Both the position numbers and the translations under genes were made by a program. A model generated the notes under the pieces. That model did no database searches. It saw nothing but the letters and a program-made list of their open reading frames with translations, and was not told the DNA's origin. A DNA stretch of 62,492 nucleotides, filler included, from Choristocarpus tenellus KU-1152 (Eukaryota; Protista; Phaeophyceae), in NCBI GenBank assembly GCA_964200185.2. It is 11 parts of 11 records of this genome, joined end to end, with 100 filler letters (N's around TTAATTAATTAA, not from the genome) between each part and the next. Parts side by side here need not be neighbours in the genome. Positions count along the whole stretch, not along the records: positions 48,337 to 59,124 come from CAXNAD020002710.1; positions 59,225 to 62,492 come from CAXNAD020021151.1; 9 more parts are not named here. One strand, written 5' to 3'. Of the stretch, positions 53,571 through 62,492 are shown one piece after another. Position 1 is the stretch's first letter, and every line of letters starts with the position of its first letter.

Positions 53571-56500
53571 GACACAGTGCTGCACTGACCTAAGGGATGT
53601 ATTGGAAGTCATTGTCCGCGGCATGACGAAAAACGTCATGGCAACAAGGGTTCAGTCACTTGTCCGGGGTCGGGCAGGGAGAAAGGAGCTTGGTCGGATG
53701 GTGGCGGCGGCATCAACGATCCAGCTCTACTGGAGGATTGGTGGTGCTATTCTCAGGTTTGTAGAAATTAGCACATTACATCATGTAGGCAGTAAGCTCC
53801 TGTGTATTAACTCCTGTGTTTGGGAACAGCCAAAGTATCTTAGATGGTAGGGCCGCGTCCATTTGGGGGTCAAAATCCAATTTTGCAATATTGATGTAAT
53901 TCTTGTTATTGTATTTGTTAGGAAGCGTCAATATCCTTGTTCCGAACACACCTTTTCATAGCGTATACATCTTGCCTACTCCGAAATATATTGGAGTAGG
54001 AAAATGTCATTAAGAAAAAGCATGGGAAGCCAAGCCCCAAATGGACCAAAAGGGCAAAACTCGTACCCTCTAAGATACTTTCATTCGGAGCCTTTGAAAT
54101 ATTCAGAAGGAGCGGTGGAGGTAAGGGTGTGGGTGAAGAGTTAGATATTGACTATTTGTAAGGTGGGTCATTTGTCGCACAATATGACCTAGATCTATAT
54201 AGAGGTCAATGTATCCCTTTAATTTTGATACTCTTGCAGTGCAGTTCACGCCTGACCTTGAGCCAGACACTGCTCGTGTCATTCCAAGACATGGTTGGAT
54301 GCATGCACTCTTTGAAATGGTCCACTATTGCAATACATGTTTCTGTGCAAGAGGTGCACTTGTGTATCAAGGGAATATTGACCACCTAAGAATAAGCTGT
54401 GGGTTGGCTATTACCATTGCGGTCCAGGAAGATTTCACGGAGAACAGTCAGGGAGTCCCCGGTTTTCCATCAGTGTCAAACGAACCACATATAAATCGCA
54501 CCTGAACATTCTCAAGCAGACACCAACCAAATCAACTCTCTTCCAATGCCCATCATATAGTATGCATGCTTACCTCCAGTTGTATATACTTTCCAAGCAT
54601 ACAAGATTCTTCACAACATCAAAATCATTCCCAGAGTAATGAAATGAAAGGCTAGATGGGTATGACCACAAGCCATCAATATATACCTTCCTTTCTCCTC
54701 ACCAGATACGAATTGTACCTGGAGAAGATGCAGGCTAAGAAAATACTCAATAGGGCAGCTGCAAACATCCAGGTAAATATATTGCGCTGAATTTTGGTAA
54801 AGAAGAATATACTAGAAGTCACGGATAAGGGAACAGTGTTTGATAGTGACTGTGGGTGTGTTTTTATTTGTTGGAGCTGATCAAATGTTTGAGACTTCGA
54901 GTGTGAGAAAGGATACTGAATGCGAAAGAAGGATGATGTTTCTGGGATACTGTGTTTTACACGGTCTCTGCTATGAAAAATAGCTGCGCAGCAAATTTTA
55001 AAAAAGACTAGTGTTTCAGAAACTTCATTAATCCATACATACACTGAGGAAATCCAAATGCAAGAAAAAAGAAAGAAGGTGAATGAGGACAGGGAAGGTG
55101 AAATGAGGCAAGGTTGGACAATGAAAAAAGTATCCATAGGGAAAAGAATTTGGGAAGAAGAGAATGATTTAGTTCTGCTGAGAGAGGTTCGCACAAAGTA
55201 TGACATGTGCAAATTTGATAGAAAGAGAATAAGAAGCGAAACATAGTCTGGGAAACAAATAGAATGTGCAGCAAGCGTATATGGAACATCCTGGTGCCAC
55301 ACATTCCAGAGCACTGGTAGGGTGTTGTCTCGAAAGAAGTAGTGGCCCTCGATGTTTGTCTGCGCGTGTGAGTGTATGTTTATGGGAGGAAGGTTTGGAA
55401 GAGGATCCGTCACACAAGTCCTCATGATGATTTTTCACACCCGGGCACCAAAGTATCATTGCAGTGAAGGAGAGATGACGTAAACCTTGCGCGGTGTACG
55501 TACCCCTCAAACACCAAAGTGTGGCTCAACGTATCTGGGAGGGGGTGGCGGCTCTCCATTTGGGGTCAATTTATTCATGTCGCAATGTTTGGGTTATTTG
55601 GTGGAATACATCGGATGTATACTGTAAATGCACTTTTCCGGATTTTGGTCCAAATAGACACCCTGGTGTAGACCCCCCCCCGCCCTCCCAGATACTTTGG
55701 GTCTGTACAAGATCAACGAAACACCGAAGCCATCCCCAGAAAGCACTGACTGGTGGGGTGCCTGTTCGATCAAACTGCCCGTGTGTTGTTTGGATGATAG
55801 CAGCACTTCCGCCTGTGTTCCTGTTCCCGTCAAAAACGCCCACCTCACCACCCCTTGCCCAAAACGAAATCTAAAGTCGAACCCCCAACAAGCAACCAAG
55901 CATTTCTCTTCAGTGTGTAACAGCTCCCCATGTCAAACGTCAACCCCCATAACGACATGCCAAATCGACCTTTGTACTTACCACTCTCAGCCCACTGTCT
56001 ACTGTCGAGTGGCCCCCATCACCAGATTGGGGGCAGTAATCAGCGTCCCCACTTCCGCAATTACGTTTTATCTATCTATCTGACCTCCTTCACCATCCAC
56101 GTTCGCATCCATATTCCTGATGCATGGACAGGCGGCGGTCAGGGGAGCAGCCGCTCGGCACTTCATCGCCAACATGGTCAGATCCTCGATGAGGATTCAG
56201 GCCCTCTTCCGGAGGGCACGATTCTCCATGAGGATCAGGGAGAGGTGAGTATGCTTTGACCGCCGTAAGTATTACTATGGAGGCAGTGGTTTGGTGCTTG
56301 AGGGTGTAAGGTGTAGACACACTGTGGATGCCATGAATTGAATTGAATGAATAGAAGGGAGAAGGTAGGGCTAGGAACGTACATATCAACTCCAACTTTG
56401 ACAATGCGATGTGAATAATCTGGAGTACAAAATAGTTCCAACCATAAATAGTTCCACTGTCTCTTCCCCCTGTCTGTGTGATATACAGATTGGTCGTAGC

Positions 56501-59076
56501 TCAAAGGCAGCGTGAGCAGGAGAGGGCGGCAGTTGCTCTCCAGGTAGGTTAAGGGTACGTTTGTGGCCGTGAAGGTTGATTCATGAACGAATAGTTAGGA
56601 GGCCTTGAGATCAAGTAACTGATTTTGTTCTGCTGAGAGAGGTTCGCACAAAGTATGAGATGTGGAGATTTGATAGAAAGAGAACAAGAACGAAACGTAG
56701 TCCGGGAAACAAGTAGGATGTGTGGCAAGAAATATGGGACATCCTGGTGCCAAACATTCCAGGGTACTGGTAGGGTGTTGTCTTGAATGAAGTTGTGGCC
56801 CTTAATGTTTGTCTGCGTGTTTGGGTATATGGTTATGGGAGGAAGGTTTGGAAGAGGATCCCCAACACAAGACCTCATGATGATTTTTCACACCCGCGCA
56901 CCAAAGTATCATTGCAGTGAGGAAGAGATGAGGTACAACTTACGCGCTGTACGTACCCCTCAAACACCAAAGAGTACGAGATCAACGCAACACCGAAGCC
57001 ATCCCCAGAAAGCACTGACTGGTGGGGTGCCTGTTCGATCAAACTGCCGGTGTGTTGTTTGGGTGATAGCAGCACTTCCGCCTGTGTTCCTGTTCCCGTC
57101 AAAAACGCCCACCTCACTATCCCTTGCCCAAAACGCAATCTTAAGCCGAACCCCCAACAAGCAACCAAGCATTTCTCTTCAATGCGTAACAGCTCCCCAT
57201 GTCAAACCTCAACCCCCACAACGACATGTCAAATCGACCTTTGTACTTACCACTCTCAGCCCACCGTCTACTGTCGAGTGGCCCCGATCACCAGATTGGG
57301 GGCAGTAATCAGCGTCCCTCCTTCCGCAATTACGTTTTATCTATCTATCTGACCTCCTTCACCATCTACGTTCGCATCCATATGCCTGATGCATGGACAG
57401 GCGGTGGTCAGGGGAGCGGCCGCTCGGCTCTTCCTCGCCACCATGGTCAGATCCTCGATGAGGATCCAGGCCCTCTTCCGGAGGGCACGATTCTCCATGA
57501 GGATTAGGGAGAGGTGAGTATGCTTTGACCGCCGTAAGTATTACTATCGAGGCAGTGTTTTGCTGGTTGAGGGTGTAAGGTGTAGACACACTGTGGATGC
57601 CATGAATTGAATTGAATGATTGGAAGGGAGCAGGTGAGGCCATAAAAGTACATATCAACTCCAACTTTGACAACGTGATGTGAAAAATCTGGAGTGCAAA
57701 GTAGTTCCAACCACAATTCGTTCCACTTTCTCATCCCCCTGTCTGTGTGATGTACAGATTGGTCGTAGCTCAAAGGCAGCGTGAGCAGGAGAGGGCGGCA
57801 GTTGCTCTCCAGGTAGGTTAAGGGTACGTTTGTGGCCGTGAAGGTTGATTCATGAACGAATAGTTAGGAGGCCTTGAGATCAAGGAACTGATTTTGTTCT
57901 GCTGAGAGAGGTTCGCACAAAGTATGAGATGTGGAGATTGATAGAAAGAGAACAAGAACGAAACGTAGTCCTGGAAACAAGTAGGATGTGTGACAAGAGA
58001 ATATGGGACATCCTGGTGCCACACATTCCAGGGTACTGGTAGGGTGTTGTCTCGAAAGAAATAGTGGCCCTCGATGTTTGTCTGCGAGTTTGGGTATATG
58101 GTTATGGGAGGAAGGTTTGGAAGAGGATCCCCCACACAAGACCTCATGATGATTTTTCACATCCGCGCACCAAAGTATCATTGCAGTGAGGAAGAGATGA
58201 CGTACAACTTGCGTGTTGTACGTACCCCTCAAACACCAAAGTGTACGAGATCAACGCAACACCTAAGCCATCCCCAGAAAGCACTGACTGGTGGGGTGCC
58301 GGTTCGATCCAACTGCCCGTGTGTTGTTTGGGTGATAGCAGCACTTCCGCCAGTGTTCCTGTTCCCGTCAAGAACACCCACGTCGCCACCCCTTGCTCAA
58401 AATGCAATCTAAAGCCGAAACCCCAACAAGCAACTAAGCATTTCTCTTCAATGCATAACAACTCTACATGTCAAACGTCATCCCCACAAACACACACCAA
58501 ATCGACATATGTACTTACCACTCCCAGCCCACCGTCTACTGCCCAGTAGCCCCCACCACCAGATTGGGGGTAGTAATCAGCATTCCGACTTCCGAACTTA
58601 CGTTTTATCTATCTGACCTCCTTCACCATCTACGTTCGCACCTATATGCCTGATGCATGGACAGGCGGCGGTCAGGGGAGCAGCCGCTCGGCACTTCCTC
58701 GCTGCCATGGTGAGATCCTCCATGACGATTCAGGCCCTCTTCCGGAGGGCACGATTCTCCAAGAGGATCAGGGAGAGGTGAGTTTGCTTTTACCGGCGTA
58801 AGTACTACTATGGAGGCTGTGTTTTGCTGGTTGAGGGTGTAAGGTGTAGACACACTGGGGATTCCATGAATTGAATTGAATGAATAGAAGGGAGGAGATA
58901 AGGCTAGAAAGGTACACATCAACTCCAACTTTGACAATGTGACGTGAATAATCTGGAGTGCAAAGTAGTTCCAACCACAATTCGTTCCACTGTCTCTTCC
59001 CCCTGTCTGTGTGATGTACAGATTGGTCGTAGCTCAAAGGCAGCGTGAGCAGGAGAGGGCGGCAGTTGCTCTCCAG
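53571..59076 (+). CDS. Multi-IQ (calmodulin-binding) motif protein, partial; exons 53571-53756, 54706-54772, 56132-56244, 56489-56543, 57401-57513, 57758-57812, 58665-58777, 59022-59076
   Basis: All exons are GT-AG bounded with compatible phases (2,0,2,0...). Product: ...MATRVQSLVRGRAGRKELGRMVAAASTIQLYWR...RYELYLEKMQAKKILNRAAANIQ|AAVRGAAARHFIANMVRSSMRIQALFRRARFSMRIRER|LVVAQRQREQERAAVALQ|AVVRG..., i.e. repeated [IVL]QxxxRGxxxR motifs. Confidence 0.8.
53827..54086 (-). mobile_element. MITE family A, in IQ-gene intron
   Basis: TIR-bounded copy; flanks GGAA/GGAG. Confidence 0.85.
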
Positions 59077-59124
59077 GTAGGTTAAGGGTACGTTTGTGGC
59101 CGTGAAGGTTGATTCATGAACGAA
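55165..59124 (+). repeat. ~1269-bp tandem duplication, at least 3 units (55165, 56620, 57889), each with two exons
   Basis: Near-identical units; exon starts at 56132, 57401 and 58665. The array is cut by the contig end. Confidence 0.95.
55523..55703 (+). mobile_element. MITE family B inserted in the first 1.27-kb tandem unit
   Basis: Same TIRs as 42706; flanked by TGT...TGT; absent from the paralogous sites in units 2 and 3. Confidence 0.9.
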
Positions 59125-59644
59125 NNNNNNNNNNNNNNNNNNNNNNNNNNNNNNNNNNNNNNNNNNNNTTAATTAATTAANNNNNNNNNNNNNNNNNNNN
59201 NNNNNNNNNNNNNNNNNNNNNNNNCCCCATCCACAAAAAAAAAAAAAAAAAAAAAAAAAGGGGAAAAGCCGGGCGCCCCCCCCCCCCCCCCCCCCCCCCC
59301 AGATACTTTGACCCAATCGAAAAGGGACTTTGGTTGAACACACATCGTACTGTAGGTCAGAGAGTACGAAAGTGCTCTCCCCAACTTTAAATTTAAGCGA
59401 CCATAATGCTGCACAGAAAGATCAGCCACACAGTTGTTAAGGCAAACAATGACATCGAGTTTGAAGTCAATAAAGCAAAATCGGTTACCTCTGGGGGCAC
59501 AGGAGTTAATGACCTAGGACAAGACTGGGGCAGTAGCCAGAGACTCAAAGGATAGCATGGAATAGCAAGCAGGATAAGCATCATACAAGACATCGAATGC
59601 TCTGGTGGAGAATGGGAGAGCCGCTTGTAAGAAGGGTTGCTTGG

Positions 59645-59830
59645 ACAGTAACAATACAACAGTAACAATACGACAGTAACAATACGACAGTAACAATACG
59701 ACAGTAACAATACAACAGTAACAATACGAAAGTAACAATACAACAGTAACAATACGACAGTAACAATACGACAGTAACAATACGACAGTAACAATACGAC
59801 AGTAACAATACAACAGTAACAATACGACAG
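59645..59830 (+). repeat. 14-bp minisatellite, ~13 copies
   Basis: ACAGTAACAATAC(G/A) repeated. Confidence 0.9.
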
Positions 59831-60054
59831 CGATCAACTTTGGTGGTCTGGGCATCACTTAACGGAAGAGCTTAATATCCAGCACTCCGAGGACAAATTC
59901 ATGTAGATTTTAACATGTGGGCAGTATTGTGTGTGGTTCCATGGGGTGGGGGGAGGGGTCCACAGTATGTAGCATGTACACATGCAGAGGTGTGCATATA
60001 GACTCAGACAAGTAATGTGGGCAAAAAAGGGGAATGGGCAGGGGGAGATCGATC

Positions 60055-61733
60055 TCACCCGTCCTTTACACCTTGCACGGCATCAACAAGGGAGGTGATG
60101 TGACCCTCCCTCTTGATGTACTCCATGGCGAGCGTGCCCAGACGGTCCTTTGGCTGAGCCTCCACAAAGTTCACCCCTTGCAGGGAGGATAAGAGGGGTG
60201 GTGCGACCAGCCCGGGTTGGGGGTGAGAGAGGGCAGGGACAAAGAGCACAAGTTAAGTTACTAGAATCTTCTAGGGTTAGGGTTAGGGTTATGTTTGAGA
60301 CAGAGGGCTTTTGGGATGATATTATTTTTCTTTTCACACTAGTAAAAAAAAAAAAATCAAATGGGGAAGTGATAGAGTATTGGCTGCCATCCGGTTGCAT
60401 CGTGCACAGGATACACAGTGAAGGTGGTCGTTTCTCCATTGCAATGCAAGGTGATGGTCACAGTGAGGTCTGGGCCCTATTATTGAAGGGAGGTGATGAG
60501 AGTGGAGGTAGGGACACAGTGTTACAAAACCATGACAAAATGGTTCTATTTATTTCTACTATTACTATTGCCAGTAAAAAACAAGTGTGCATTTGCTAAT
60601 ATCAATATCAATAATAATAATAATAATGAAAGTGACGTGTCATCCTGCAAAGAGGAGACGGCATCCAATTCGTTAAAAAAAAAGAATAAATTAAGAAAAA
60701 AAAAAGAACAGAATCTATGACATGCATTGTTCAAAATGATGCCACTACTCAATACACTAGAAACCTGAAACATATGCTGGAACTTTATTTACAAAAAATC
60801 CTCGAAAAAATACCATATTTCACCAAAAAAAAAGCTTAGGATACAGAGCTTAGATGCCCATTTTTCAAATTCCAATATAACTTATCCAGTGGAAACACAC
60901 CCACCCCATTGTATATCCCAGAGGCGTTTGTTTGTGTTAAGCAGTTCAGACTCTAGTAGTCTCTTGCATGCTGTTCATGTTTTTTCTAATTATGTTTCTT
61001 TTTATTTTCATGATGACAACACCTGTCTGAAAAAAAAAACATTCCCCGTCTTAGCAAGGAAAATTCTCAGGAGGCAGGAAAGCTCCCCCCCCCCCAATAC
61101 CCCACTGGATGCAGCAAAATATCTTGCTGGAATGGAGGTTTAGATGACTTCGAGGGCGGGATCATAGATAGGTGTAGGTCGACTCATTTTGGTTGAGATT
61201 TTGGTGGGCAACCTCTTTGGTGTCTGCACAATACACACATAAAATATCAACATGTGAAAAAAATATATGGCTTCTTCATCAGGGGTGCAAAAGTTATATG
61301 TGACATTTAATTCCAAACAGAGGATCACTTTTATATTTTTATAACACACCACTCCTAGATGATATATTTTAATTTTTTAAAAATCTCAATCATAAGATTA
61401 ACTCAATTGGAGATTCAGTCAGTTCATTCAATTCATTTGTTACATAAAAACCCACTAAAAAAAAAGAAGGATACACATCAAATGAATCACCCTAAAAGAC
61501 ATTAAAAAAATTCTATATATCGCTTTAACAGAAAGAGTCAACGGTTTATATCAGTGCTTAGTCTTACCCATCTCACATGCTTTAGTGTTAGGGTTACCAT
61601 GACTTGTGTATTGCACCCAAGAACTTGATGATACAATTACCAAAATTCCTACATGAGTTAAAATCACACAGCTGTAGCATTATAAAATATTTAAAAAACA
61701 GTTTAGGAAGAATAAAAAATACCACCAATAATA

Positions 61734-61771
<38 letters not shown>

Positions 61772-62101
61772 ACTGTAAAAAAGAAATGAGCAAGAGGTGT
61801 AACACCATTCAGTCTTACAAACAAACACCAGGGTTCACAAGACATCACAGAACACTAAAACTCTAATACAAATATAAATAATAATAATACAATAATAGCA
61901 TTAAAAAAAAACAACCCCATCAAAACCACACCCACCCTCCGTATACACCACTCGACTGGCCAGACAGGAGGCCATTGCATTTCTCAAGTACTGCGGTGGA
62001 AGGGTTGTTGGCACACGATCAAATGCCAACTCCTGGATCTTGATCGGAAGATTATCTCGGAACAGTGGCATTAGAAGAGTTCGATGCTCTTCTTGAAGAT
62101 C
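60055..62101 (-). CDS. GDH2: Large NAD-specific glutamate dehydrogenase (GDH2-type), C-terminal exons 62101-61936 and 60176-~60055
   Basis: Phase-1 splice gives ...FDRVPTTLPPQYLRNAMASCLASRVVYTEG|VNFVEAQPKDRLGTLAMEYIK..., matching the GDH2 C-terminal motif R(V/L)PxxYLRxxxxSxLASRxVYxxG. The second exon ends either in TGA or at a gtgag donor. Confidence 0.7.
61030..61330 (+). mobile_element. Second remnant (3' end) of the same mariner family, in GDH intron
   Basis: ATTCCCCGTCTTAGCAAGGAAAA...GGAAAGCTCCC...CCACTGGATGCAGCAAAATATC aligns with the reverse complement of ~28090-28600 once the MITE is removed. Confidence 0.7.
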
Positions 62102-62492
62102 CTGCAGTGATGGAATATTTGGGCAGGATGGCAGGTATGTTCAAGTGTATGTTTGGGAAGGGGGAAGGGGGAGGGGGGGGGCAAATGAGCAGCATATAGC
62201 ATGTAAATTTGAAGTATACAAGTAGGATGATTTGTCATGAGTGATACAGCAAGGAGGGAGGTTCTGAAGCATAGTGTAGATGTCATAGCTGAAATACAAT
62301 ACCATTACCACCCCGAAAGGTGTTGAAATGATAGGTACATTACTACATTACTTATTAACACAATCATTCTCAATAGTACTCTTACCATACACTTGAATAT
62401 ATTAAAATAACTCCATACAACATACACTCAAGGTACTGAAAAGACAATATGCCCCACCACCCCCCCCCCCCCCCCCCCCCCCCACCACCCAC

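Noticed and set aside
54676-59037. Many overlapping 90-250 aa ORFs in the 1.27-kb repeat
   Set aside because: They are intronic or antisense, with stops and frameshifts that differ between copies. Only the two exons per unit keep frame.
7043-59224. Gene neighbourhood or operon-like system across the window; PacI-like TTAATTAA sites
   Set aside because: Contigs are concatenated with synthetic linkers, so adjacency is not biological.
59393-59858. Cys/Tyr-rich repetitive ORFs
   Set aside because: Translation of a 14-bp minisatellite (not a multiple of 3).

Overview
Eukaryotic, intron-rich genomic DNA, most likely a stramenopile such as a brown alga or relative. That taxon call is an inference from gene content, long introns and interstitial TTAGGG runs. 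The window is not one locus: it is 11 contigs joined by ten artificial 100-bp linkers (44N-TTAATTAATTAA-44N), so synteny across linkers is meaningless. Most ORFs in the ORF track are spurious. Real genes appear as spliced exons: an intronless PX-domain gene, a divergent RibD-reductase-like gene (3 exons), a rhodanese/sulfurtransferase (3 exons, one GC-AG intron), the TFIIF-alpha/RAP74 3' end, a cytosolic TrpRS exon (KMSAS), the large NAD-GDH C-terminus, and an IQ-motif gene. The IQ gene is expanded by tandem duplication of a ~1.27-kb unit carrying an in-frame exon pair. Mobile DNA includes 12 copies of a ~260-bp TIR MITE plus a related ~180-205-bp family, with shared TIR cores, mostly GRG...CYC ends and mostly 4-bp TSDs (Sola-like). 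There is also a ~174-bp tandem array directly upstream of a Sola-transposase-like exon, two mariner remnants, degenerate retroelement remnants and several minisatellites.
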